64,000 nt of DNA from a virus: IMG/VR virus record IMGVR_UViG_3300005066_000001, one strand, 5' to 3'. Shown piece after piece: positions 55,933 to 64,000 of this stretch (the first letter of the stretch is position 1; each line of letters opens with the position of its first letter). Both the position numbers and the translations under genes were made by a program. The notes beneath the pieces were generated by a model. That model did no database searches. It was not told the DNA's origin and saw nothing but the letters and a program-made list of their open reading frames with translations.

Positions 55933-56919
55933 TTGGAGGCGAAGTTGGATAATTTTATTAACACAAAACACGGTAAACTGACTGTTATAGCAATAACAGA
56001 TAAAGTAGACAAGTATAACAGAAAAATATATGAATTACAATGTGATTGTGGCAACACAACATTTAAAACCAAAAATGAAGTAACAAACAAAAGAGGGCCA
56101 AGGTCTTGCGGATGTATCCCAAGAAAACGTAAGACAAAAGACATTAGTGGTGAGAGGTTTACAAAACTAATAGCAGTAATGCCGACTGGAGAAAAATCAA
56201 AAAATGGGGATGCCTTATGGTACTGTGAGTGTGATTGTGGCAAAAGTACGATAACAACCATAGGAAGACTGAACTTTGGGCATACAAAATCTTGTGGTTG
56301 TTTGAAGAATGAGGTAATACCTTTTAAAAGTAATTATCACGGAATGAAAAACACGCCTGAGTATAATTCTTGGAGAAAGATGAAAGAACGGTGCTATGAT
56401 ATAAACAACTCTGATTATAAAAATTATGGAGCTGTCGGTATTACAATGCCGGAGGAGTGGAAAGATAATTTCCTTAGATTTTATCAAGATGTAGGTAAAT
56501 GCCCATGTAAGGGTTATACGGTGGACAGAGTAGATTGCAACCTAAGTTACAGTAAGGAAAATTGTAGATGGGCCAGCCCGCACATTCAAGCAAGGAACAG
56601 GTTAAAAACAAAGACTTCTAAAACATCAAAGTATAAAGGGGTTAGCTATGATAAAGCAGCAGATAAGTGGTCAGCAAGATTTACCATCAGTTCCGGGGGA
56701 AATCTCTATGGAGGACGGATCTTTAGATATGAAACAGAGGAAGAGGCAGCATCTGCTTATGACCTAGCTACAATGTTGGTTTTTGAAGGATTTCCAACAA
56801 GTATTTATAATTTGAACAATTCTGGGTTTGATGTAGATGAAATTAACAAAGATATTTATTTCTTTAAAGTGCACCTCCCAAAACTAAAAGAGATTGCGAA
56901 TTTAGTGTATAAAGATTAA
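55933..56919 (+). CDS. HNH homing endonuclease with AP2 DNA-binding domain (free-standing)
   Basis: N-terminal repeated CDCG/CGC zinc-ribbon units; HNH-type core GYTVDRVDCNLSYSKENCRWAS; AP2 domain YKGVSYDKAADKWSARFT...YLGG-like. Confidence 0.65.
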   Translation: MEAKLDNFINTKHGKLTVIAITDKVDKYNRKIYELQCDCGNTTFKTKNEVTNKRGPRSCGCIPRKRKTKDISGERFTKLIAVMPTGEKSKNGDALWYCECDCGKSTITTIGRLNFGHTKSCGCLKNEVIPFKSNYHGMKNTPEYNSWRKMKERCYDINNSDYKNYGAVGITMPEEWKDNFLRFYQDVGKCPCKGYTVDRVDCNLSYSKENCRWASPHIQARNRLKTKTSKTSKYKGVSYDKAADKWSARFTISSGGNLYGGRIFRYETEEEAASAYDLATMLVFEGFPTSIYNLNNSGFDVDEINKDIYFFKVHLPKLKEIANLVYKD

Positions 56920-56992
56920 AATCTTATCTTGACATCCTTGAGAAAGTATGCGAATATAACAATATTGAACTTGAGAGAAAAGGAGATTATGA

Positions 56993-57568
56993 ATGAAAGA
57001 TACCATCAAAATTAAAGTGGAAGAACGTTCTTGGGGACAACCTGAAGAAACCTATAACGAAGAGATTGACAACTACGAAGAAACAGATAATAATGTAACC
57101 AAATACGATATTAAGTGTAAAGTTGAAATTAACGGAAAAGAGATTAAGCACTACACGGATTTATATGCTTTTATTCGTGAATTTGTAAATAAAAGTGTCG
57201 TATCAAACTATGCTGATTGGTGTGGTGAAAGTTACAAAGATACCGGAATAGAATATATTCCAATTACCAAATCTTGGCATTATAACCTCACTTGTTTTTA
57301 TCCGTTTACTTGTTCTTGTGGAGTATCTGTGTGCGCCAGTATATGGGATGGTGTTCATGTCAAATGGCGTAAGAATAGTGTAGAGTGGAGAATCAAGGAT
57401 AAACATGATGGTTATGAAAAAATTCTAGATAAAATGTTTTATAGTTTTGACCGAAAACAATATGAACAAGAAGTATTGACAGCATATCAAACGTTGTGTA
57501 AACTTGTTGAAAATAATCCAAAGAACGAAAGTGCTTGGTTTGTTTATGAGTTTGAAGGTAAGATTTAA
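56993..57568 (+). CDS. hypothetical protein
   Basis: 191-aa ORF; RBS AAAAGGAGATTATGAATG. Confidence 0.4.
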   Translation: MKDTIKIKVEERSWGQPEETYNEEIDNYEETDNNVTKYDIKCKVEINGKEIKHYTDLYAFIREFVNKSVVSNYADWCGESYKDTGIEYIPITKSWHYNLTCFYPFTCSCGVSVCASIWDGVHVKWRKNSVEWRIKDKHDGYEKILDKMFYSFDRKQYEQEVLTAYQTLCKLVENNPKNESAWFVYEFEGKI

Positions 57569-57837
57569 GGAGAAATAGATGGTTTATGTGATTCTAATTT
57601 GTTTGGTTGTTACTGTAATTGCAGCCTGCCGTTCAATTCTAGGTTATGAAGAAATGAAAAAAGATAGTTGGTTAGATCGGGTCTTGTTGGCACTTCTTTG
57701 GTTGAACTTGACATTTGTTCTTCTAGAGAATATTCCAAAATAGTCCAATAGCTAATATTTTACAATTTTATTGTTAATAATTGTTACCATTGTATGTTTA
57801 TGGTAAACTTTTAAGTGTGTTGATATAAGAGGAGATA

Positions 57838-58044
57838 TTGATGAAGTGTATTATAATTTACATGATTGGGTGTGCTTTACTATACTTTATACCTTCATGC
57901 ATTGGTGCATTTGCACACCTAGATTGGGAGTTTTTTGATTTCTACACTTGGGACATAAACTCACGAGCCACTTACGCCATGTTTGTATTAATGTGGACAA
58001 TCCTAGCTATTTGTTATATTTGTGCGGAGAAGAAAACACAATGA
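57838..58044 (+). CDS. small membrane protein (tandem paralog a)
   Basis: 68 aa, two TM helices; IGAFAHLDWEFFDFYTW is shared with the next ORF. Confidence 0.4.
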   Translation: MMKCIIIYMIGCALLYFIPSCIGAFAHLDWEFFDFYTWDINSRATYAMFVLMWTILAICYICAEKKTQ

Positions 58045-58220
58045 ATTTTGTAGTTTGGTTAATTTTATGTATTGGGATTTATATCGCACCAGCAGGTATA
58101 GGTGCTTTTATTAATCTAGATTGGACATATCTAGATTTTACAACATGGTCTATTGAAGCACGTATTGTATATATTGTTATGGTTATTGGCTGCACTCTAG
58201 TATGTGCAATTGATGGGTGA
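58041..58220 (+). CDS. small membrane protein (tandem paralog b)
   Basis: ATG at 58041 inside the tracked frame 57948-58220. Sequence GIGAFINLDWTYLDFTTW; overlaps paralog a by 4 nt. Confidence 0.4.
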   Translation: MNFVVWLILCIGIYIAPAGIGAFINLDWTYLDFTTWSIEARIVYIVMVIGCTLVCAIDG

Positions 58221-58324
58221 AAATATGTTTAAATGTAATGAAATAGAGGGGAAACAAATAATGACAAAACACTACAATTCTAGAGTGTGGCTTAACTCTT
58301 CACAGTCCCCCATCAACAGGTAGC

Positions 58325-58522
58325 ATGGTTTGTTATTATGGTAAAAGTAGTTGGGATGGTGAGCAAATTGATATGTTTATAGAGGTATCCAGTTGCCATG
58401 AGATAGCTAGACTACATAAGAGCAGAACTGATACAGCACAACAATATATTGCAAAGTTAAGGAAAATGCAGAAAGAATTAAGTAAATATATTGAATTTCT
58501 AGACAATACAGCATCAAAGTAA
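58325..58522 (+). CDS. hypothetical protein
   Basis: 65-aa ORF. Confidence 0.3.
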   Translation: MVCYYGKSSWDGEQIDMFIEVSSCHEIARLHKSRTDTAQQYIAKLRKMQKELSKYIEFLDNTASK

Positions 58523-58554
58523 ATTGTATCGACGTATTAATTGAGGTATTTAAC

Positions 58555-58854
58555 ATGACAAAACAATATAATCCCAACGATTACATTTTTCTCTGTCAAT
58601 CAGATGAAGGTTTCGTACTTGCACAAAATACAATATCTGATATAATTACAAGTGTCCAGAAACCAGATAAGGTTCTTGGATATACAAAAGACTTTAATGA
58701 GGTTTGCAAATTGTTTACTGAGTGTATTGACATCATGGTTGAAGGTGAGTATAATATAGGTGACAAGATTAGTTATAATAACTGTCAATACTACGTTCTT
58801 GAAATTGGAGAGAACAGCGAAGAGGGTCTGCAAGAATTGATTGTTGGTCGGTAA
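58555..58854 (+). CDS. hypothetical protein
   Basis: 99-aa ORF. Confidence 0.4.
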   Translation: MTKQYNPNDYIFLCQSDEGFVLAQNTISDIITSVQKPDKVLGYTKDFNEVCKLFTECIDIMVEGEYNIGDKISYNNCQYYVLEIGENSEEGLQELIVGR

Positions 58855-58870
58855 CAAAAGGGAGGAATAA

Positions 58871-59074
58871 ATGGATAAACGTGATCTAAAAGAATATGGT
58901 ATTGCACATCGAGCTTGCCAAACTATCTCTGATATTATTGAAAAGCTGGAAAATATGGATACTGTCTTAGAGCATGACAGTGATAAAATGGAAGAATTCA
59001 TACAACACCTGTGTAATATCAGAGACAACGAGGTTAATTTTTATATTGATTTTGAGAATGACCACTGTAATTAA
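58871..59074 (+). CDS. hypothetical protein
   Basis: 67 aa; RBS AAAGGGAGGAATAAATG. Confidence 0.4.
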   Translation: MDKRDLKEYGIAHRACQTISDIIEKLENMDTVLEHDSDKMEEFIQHLCNIRDNEVNFYIDFENDHCN

Positions 59075-59088
59075 AGGAGGATACTAAT

Positions 59089-59538
59089 ATGCAAACAAGT
59101 ATGAGTTGTACCAAGATAAATGCACTTATGGACACACAATTGGTATACCCTGAAGTTATCCGTGAACACATGGAACGACTTTATGCGGTAGCTGAGAGCA
59201 ACTATGTCTACAAGAACCGAAAAAAGTTTAATTTCATGAAATTTGGATATACTTCTGAAGAAGTTCTTAAACAACAGTTTGAATCTATCTTCAAAGATTA
59301 CCGTGAACTTCACAAGGATATTGATACACTAAAACATCTGCATTGTTTGGAGCCGTGGCAAGTATCAGAGATGAAGAGGTTAATGAAAATCTACAATTGT
59401 CTTGTTGCATTGCAGAAAATTATTCGTTTATATTTGTTCTCTGATAATCCGGTACAAGTAGACTATAACACTGTTTCTTGGTTGAATTTCCTATACAAAA
59501 ACGAAGGAGAGATCCGTAGTTATATTAGGAATGTTTAA
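59089..59538 (+). CDS. hypothetical protein
   Basis: 149 aa; RBS TAAAGGAGGATACTAATATG. Confidence 0.4.
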   Translation: MQTSMSCTKINALMDTQLVYPEVIREHMERLYAVAESNYVYKNRKKFNFMKFGYTSEEVLKQQFESIFKDYRELHKDIDTLKHLHCLEPWQVSEMKRLMKIYNCLVALQKIIRLYLFSDNPVQVDYNTVSWLNFLYKNEGEIRSYIRNV

Positions 59539-59577
59539 GTTGTAAATTACTATTTAATAACAGAAGGAGAAATTAAT

Positions 59578-60456
59578 TTGACTACAATCGCAGTAAAAGA
59601 TGGTATTATGGTAGGTGACGGTCGTTGTTCACTTGGTAGCACCGTAATCAAAGATGATATGGTAAAAGTCTTTTGGGTTAACAACCACTTGATGGGTGGG
59701 GCAGGACGAGCACGGTCTATCAGCACCTTTGCCCAATGGTTGCAGAAACACACAGATTACACAATTGTTAATCAAGAAGTTGGAGATCTTGTTGATTTGA
59801 TTCCGCCTGTTCTACAGGACGACGAGGAGTTTACGGCGTTGGTTTTGACTCCAGACAAACAAGTTTTGATGTATGATGGTAATGTCGCTCTTAATCTTGG
59901 GCACGATGTTCAAGCATCAATTGGTTCAGGTAGTGTATTCGCCCTTGCAGCCATGGATGCTGGTGCATCAGCAGAAGATGCAGTCAAAATTGCAATGAAA
60001 CGGGATGTTTATTCTGGTGGTGAAATCACTGTCGTTCAACTAGAAGAAGAATCTGAACCTATAACACGAGAAGTTGCAGAGAACCTTTCAAAAGACGAGC
60101 TGATTAACATGTTTTTCGGGGAGCAAGAATCCAGTGAAGCTGTCGTAAATAAAGAAACATGCACGATTGGTGTTAAGGAGTACGATGACAGTTTGATTCG
60201 TATTTATTCTTGGACAGATGATATTGTAGTGTTGTTTAATGAGGATGCAAGAGAATATATTTTTAAAATTGACAATATTGAATATGATATCAATGGAGAT
60301 TTTACACCAGCTTACTTTGTTGTTGACTCAGGATTTAGTACAGAAGAGTTTAGAAGCCTCTGTAATGATATGGATATACAATATTCACTGAACAATACCA
60401 GAGAACAACTTTCTTCTAAGATTATCAAAGAAATAAAATCAAAGATTACAAATTAA
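59578..60456 (+). CDS. HslV-like Ntn-hydrolase (proteasome beta-type peptidase) with ~115-aa acidic C-terminal extension
   Basis: N-terminus (M)TTIAVKDGIMVGDGRCSLGSTVIKDDMVKVFWVNNHLMGGAGRARSISTF aligns with the HslV start TTIVSVRRNG...GDGQVSLGNTVMK...GFAG...AFTLFE, including the Thr1 nucleophile. TTG start after GAAGGAGAAATTAA. Confidence 0.55.
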   Translation: MTTIAVKDGIMVGDGRCSLGSTVIKDDMVKVFWVNNHLMGGAGRARSISTFAQWLQKHTDYTIVNQEVGDLVDLIPPVLQDDEEFTALVLTPDKQVLMYDGNVALNLGHDVQASIGSGSVFALAAMDAGASAEDAVKIAMKRDVYSGGEITVVQLEEESEPITREVAENLSKDELINMFFGEQESSEAVVNKETCTIGVKEYDDSLIRIYSWTDDIVVLFNEDAREYIFKIDNIEYDINGDFTPAYFVVDSGFSTEEFRSLCNDMDIQYSLNNTREQLSSKIIKEIKSKITN

Positions 60457-60460
60457 ATAT

Positions 60461-60494
60461 AGCACAAGGAGCAGTTTGCTCCTTGTGCTATTTT
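60461..60494 (+). terminator. rho-independent terminator
   Basis: AGCACAAGGAGCA-GTTT-GCTCCTTGTGCT then ATTTT. Confidence 0.55.
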
Positions 60495-60544
60495 AGCATG
60501 GGTATATTACATATGTATATTGATAGTATTGGATTGGAGTCTAA

Positions 60545-61543
60545 ATGACTGAAAATAAAAAGAAACAACAAAAAGCTGAAGATTTCATAGGTTGGAAAAG
60601 TAAAGATGGAAAACTAGAAGTTATTGGTATTATTGAGAAATCGAAGCATACCACTTTTAAAGTTACCTGTACGGAATGTTCCAAAGATCCTGAATTATTC
60701 CATGATGGATATTTTGTTAGTGTCAAAAGTAGTTTGGTTAAAGAAATCAAACCTTGTGGTTGTGGGAAAAATGTAAGATGGAGGGACTTTCAATATTTAA
60801 TATTAGCCCGTAGAGCATCAAAAGACAGGTTTATTGTTCATGGTTTTGTTGAAGGATTTAAAAATCAAAACACCAAACTAAACCTTGAATGTTTGAAAGA
60901 TGGGCATAAGTGGACTGCAAGTATTAATGATATTATTAATAGTGGCAAAGGTTGTTCAAAGTGTGCTGGTGTATATAGGCCAACAGAACAAGAAGCATTG
61001 CAAAAATGTATTGATATTTGTAAAGAAATGAGCTATGATGTTGTTGGTTTTGTTGGTGGATATAAAAACAACACTTCTCGTTTTGAGTACATCTGCAAAA
61101 TTCATGGAAAACAGAATGTTAGATATGGTAATTTTGTAAACAAAGGAACACGTTGTCGGGGTTGTGCTAAAGATGAAACCATTAGAAGATTAAGGGAAGA
61201 TGGAAATGGTAATGGATACTATCCCGAAAGAAAAGATGAAACTGATTTCTTGTACATCTTGAACTTCAATGGTAAATTCATTAAAGTTGGAAGGTCTTTT
61301 CTTGTTGATAAAAGAGTTGATGCTTTAAAGTCTATATCTAAAATCAAAAAGATTCACAAACTCAGAATATTCACAGCAACACATCAAGAGATTTATGATT
61401 TTGAACAAGAACTACATAACGAGTTACGAGAAAGAAACTTCCAACATTATGTAGATTGGTCAACAGAGTGTTTTGAAAATGATTCACTGTTCGTTCTCAA
61501 TAAATTTCTGGATAGTTGTGGTCTAGAAGAAATAAAACAATGA
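60545..61543 (+). CDS. Zn-ribbon/GIY-YIG-like homing-endonuclease-like protein, copy 2 (intact)
   Basis: 332 aa. CxxC pairs CTECSKD, CGCGKN, CSKCAG, CRGC; then YILNFNGKFIKVGRSFLVDKRVDALKS, a GIY-YIG-like segment. Paralog of 48893-49753. Confidence 0.5.
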   Translation: MTENKKKQQKAEDFIGWKSKDGKLEVIGIIEKSKHTTFKVTCTECSKDPELFHDGYFVSVKSSLVKEIKPCGCGKNVRWRDFQYLILARRASKDRFIVHGFVEGFKNQNTKLNLECLKDGHKWTASINDIINSGKGCSKCAGVYRPTEQEALQKCIDICKEMSYDVVGFVGGYKNNTSRFEYICKIHGKQNVRYGNFVNKGTRCRGCAKDETIRRLREDGNGNGYYPERKDETDFLYILNFNGKFIKVGRSFLVDKRVDALKSISKIKKIHKLRIFTATHQEIYDFEQELHNELRERNFQHYVDWSTECFENDSLFVLNKFLDSCGLEEIKQ

Positions 61544-61556
61544 TGTGATATATCTA

Positions 61557-61580
61557 GGTGCCCTTAGGGGCACCCTTATT
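61557..61580 (+). terminator. rho-independent terminator (palindromic, possibly bidirectional)
   Basis: GGTGCCC-TTAG-GGGCACC then CTTATTT. Confidence 0.55.
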
Positions 61581-61591
61581 TGAATTTTGTA

Positions 61592-61620
61592 TTGACACTT
61601 TAATATTTATGTTGTAGTAT
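61592..61620 (+). promoter_or_regulatory. sigma70-like promoter (TTGACA-17-TAGTAT)
   Basis: ttgaca / ctttaatatttatgttg / tagtat, upstream of the 61641 gene. Confidence 0.45.
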
Positions 61621-61640
61621 ACAAACATAATTAAGACAAA

Positions 61641-61829
61641 ATGGGAAATAGAGTGAGACCTTGTTTTAACACATGTTGTGAAAATGGAAAAGAAGTAGAG
61701 TACCTTGACGATGACACAATAGTTGTAACAGAAGAGGATTGCCATATCTGCCACGGAACAGGTGAAGTTGAAGACTATTGTTTCTGTGCTGCCTATGAAC
61801 CAAATGAATGTGTGCGGTGCATGGGATGA
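61641..61829 (+). CDS. small zinc-binding protein
   Basis: 62 aa with CCENG, CHICHGTG, CFCAAY, CVRC; four Cys/His pairs. Confidence 0.4.
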   Translation: MGNRVRPCFNTCCENGKEVEYLDDDTIVVTEEDCHICHGTGEVEDYCFCAAYEPNECVRCMG

Positions 61830-61899
61830 TGTACGGGATAGTTGGTATGATAATGAAGAGCAATTTTATAATGAAGATCTTGAAGAGGAAGAATAATTA

Positions 61900-62121
61900 A
61901 TGGCACGAAAACCTAAGAAGAAAGTAGATGTTTATTGTGAATTTGAGGATATAACTTTTCCATGTACAGTATTGGCTATTGGTCAGCCAAACAGGCCTGA
62001 GGTACTAGAAGGGTGTGAGTATATTTGTGTTGACAAAGTAGGTCAGAATCTGGTAGTACTGGACTCTCGTGGAAGGGAACTGTTCTTCCATAAGCAATGG
62101 TTTGTGTTGGTTGACGAATAG
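61900..62121 (+). CDS. hypothetical protein
   Basis: 73-aa ORF. Confidence 0.4.
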   Translation: MARKPKKKVDVYCEFEDITFPCTVLAIGQPNRPEVLEGCEYICVDKVGQNLVVLDSRGRELFFHKQWFVLVDE

Positions 62122-62131
62122 GGAGAGCTAC

Positions 62132-62425
62132 ATGATTTGGTATAAATATGTTAATTACAAGGTATTACCTGACGAATTAACAAAGAAGATGATAGATGCT
62201 TGGGATTCAAGCCCAAATAATAACGAAGATGATAATGTTAATATGCGAGAAGCATTTTATGCAATGTTCAAAGCAACTGAAACAGAAACAGTTGGTGAAA
62301 TTTGTGTTGATATGCTAGAAAATATTATTGAAGCCTATAAAGTGTACCACAATACCACGCACAATAACTACATTACTATGTTGGAAAACACCATCAACTA
62401 TCTTAAAACGGAGAGTAAAGTTTAA
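62132..62425 (+). CDS. hypothetical protein
   Basis: ATG at 62132 after TAGGGAGAGCTAC, in frame with the tracked ORF 62069-62425. Confidence 0.4.
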   Translation: MIWYKYVNYKVLPDELTKKMIDAWDSSPNNNEDDNVNMREAFYAMFKATETETVGEICVDMLENIIEAYKVYHNTTHNNYITMLENTINYLKTESKV

Positions 62426-62977
62426 ATGAATAAAGATAAAGTATATGAAACATTAATGAACCAATCATCCACGGATTCATACTATTTGCATTGTATTGTT
62501 GAATGCACGGAACAAATCAAACACATGAAGACAAGACTTGAAGATATGGTTAAACACCAAGAAACTTATGAAAATAAGCCCTACATTCTTTATCATAAAG
62601 GTCTTTGGGATAACTATAGTTTAGATTTGGATAGTCTTGTAGAGTTGACTTTGGAGTTCAAATCTGAATACGACAAAGCAGTAGAATCAGGAAAGTATTT
62701 AAACGTTGATTTCTGTAAAATAAAGCATAAAGACGAATGCCCAGAATCAGATGTTGACCAATTTGGTTGGGATGAAGAACACGGTAACTGTTATGTTTAT
62801 GAGTGGGACAGTTATGAAGGTTGGCACAATTATGGTGAACTGTGGGTAATTGTTGTTACTGACAAGATGACAGGAAAAGTTGAAGACACCATAACATACA
62901 AGAATCTTCAAAAACAACTAGAACAACTTGAGCGCGACCTCAAGAATAACATTGAATATTGTAAATTGTTTGAATAA
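62426..62977 (+). CDS. hypothetical protein
   Basis: 183-aa acidic, Tyr/Trp-rich ORF. Confidence 0.4.
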   Translation: MNKDKVYETLMNQSSTDSYYLHCIVECTEQIKHMKTRLEDMVKHQETYENKPYILYHKGLWDNYSLDLDSLVELTLEFKSEYDKAVESGKYLNVDFCKIKHKDECPESDVDQFGWDEEHGNCYVYEWDSYEGWHNYGELWVIVVTDKMTGKVEDTITYKNLQKQLEQLERDLKNNIEYCKLFE

Positions 62978-63711
62978 GGAGAGAAGATGAACATAATCTT
63001 TGGACAACAAACACAATTTGAGTATATTAATTACAAAGTAATCAAATCAACACGAAATGTTATCCCTATGTCACTATATTTTGGTGCAACAGAATTTCAC
63101 CCAGAAAACCAATGGTTAACGACTGTATATGACCTAGATAAATAGTGTGAACGAACTTTTGCACTAAATGATATTGTTGTTGGTTCTTTTGCAGAACAGA
63201 TTAGTCAGTTGTCTTGGAAACAACACAAGATTAGTATAACACACAATCCAATACCTGCGCCTATTCCACAATGCCGGAGTAATTACAGTAAGTGTTTGGT
63301 TTGTTGGAAATATCACTACAACGGGAACCTTCCGTGCCCTTACGGTAAATTTACAAGTGGGGAATAATTATGAAATATATTTATATTTGTTATAAATGCA
63401 GACACGCATATAAGCACAATGTAAAATGGTGTACACAAACATATTGGTCTGAATCAGAACGACGCATAATCAAATGTGGAGGTAGGTGTTTGGAGAGAAT
63501 TGATGAAAATAACTGATTGTTTAATTAGAGTTATTGATTTCTTTGATAACATCATAGATCCACCCTAAACTTGGCGTAAACACCCTAAATATCCTTGGAT
63601 ACTATTAAGTTCTAAAGGTTATTGGAAACTTGATACAAAGAATGAAGAGTTTTGGAAAGGTGTGTTTGAAAAATGGGACAAAGCTGATGGTCAAAAGAAG
63701 GGGAACCACAA

Positions 63712-64000
63712 TTGAAATATTATACAGGGGTGGGTAGTCGAGAGACACCACAACACATTCTAAAATTTATTGAACAAGTTGCATATTGGTTGGCTGGACG
63801 AGGTTATACTGGTCGTTCTGGGAGTGCAGCAGGTGCTGATAGTGCTTTTGAACAAGGTTTTAATCATTATGAGATTATCAATGGTGTTTCAGACCATGTT
63901 AGTTTTGAAGCATACCTTCCTTGGAAAGGCTTCTCGGATATTCGTGAAGACAGTACACACCTTGTTACACCAACCCTGCCAAACTATAATGAAGCTGTAG
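63712..64000 (+). CDS. DprA/SLOG-like Rossmann-fold protein (partial; runs off the window end)
   Basis: TGVGSRETPQHILKFIEQVAYWLAGRGYTGRSGSAAGADSAFEQG fits the DprA/Smf pattern (GSR...G...A..LA..G..vvSGxAxGxDxaAh.ga). TTG start after AAGAAGGGG; in a different frame from the tracked 63770-64000 ORF. Confidence 0.4.
   Translation, partial: MKYYTGVGSRETPQHILKFIEQVAYWLAGRGYTGRSGSAAGADSAFEQGFNHYEIINGVSDHVSFEAYLPWKGFSDIREDSTHLVTPTLPNYNEAV

Noticed and set aside
1-64000. CRISPR arrays, integrase or attachment sites, rRNA
   Set aside because: No regularly spaced direct repeats of 24-40 nt with unique spacers were seen. No tyrosine or serine recombinase motifs (R..H..R..Y) appear in any ORF, and there is no rRNA-like sequence. 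The window looks like a lytic-phage segment, not an integrated element.

Overview
The window is a 64-kb stretch of an AT-rich (roughly one-third GC by eye) tailed dsDNA phage genome. It is unlikely to be bacterial chromosome: there is a complete packaging/head/contractile-tail block, three tRNAs, many small genes with strong AAGGAG-type ribosome-binding sites, and a dense nucleotide-metabolism region. A separated inner/outer spanin pair and several LSGC-type lipoprotein signals suggest a Gram-negative host.

Left arm (about 0.4-25 kb, all on the minus strand), read from high to low coordinates:
- small early-type genes, a HigA-like HTH regulator, three tRNAs and the i-/o-spanin pair;
- terminase small subunit;
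- a terminase large subunit gene split by a ~1.27-kb insertion that carries an HNH homing endonuclease and duplicated structured modules, interpreted as group I intron(s);
- portal, scaffold, major capsid, neck proteins, tail sheath and tail tube.

Right arm (25-64 kb, plus strand), nucleotide metabolism and repair:
- an RNA-repair cassette: calcineurin-type phosphoesterase, Rnl-type RNA ligase and polynucleotide kinase;
- ATP-dependent DNA ligase, FEN-like nuclease, RuvC-like/HNH/EndoVII nucleases, and an HTH-DEDD exonuclease fusion;
- 5'-nucleotidase, ThyA, DHFR and a small N6-adenine methyltransferase;
- NrdA, NrdB, a glutaredoxin-like protein, anaerobic NrdD and PhoH;
- two peptidoglycan hydrolases (M15 peptidase and SleB-like);
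- an HslV-like Ntn peptidase with a C-terminal extension.

The most notable observations:
- the intron-split terL;
- four AP2-domain homing-endonuclease-like paralogs, three of them without the HNH catalytic motif;
- two GIY-YIG/Zn-ribbon paralogs behind perfect sigma70 promoters, one frameshifted, with one copy sitting between nrdA and nrdB;
- a GC-rich structured non-coding island;
- a 436-aa protein with polymerase-like motifs.

Every functional call rests on motifs read directly from the translations. None is confirmed by a database search.
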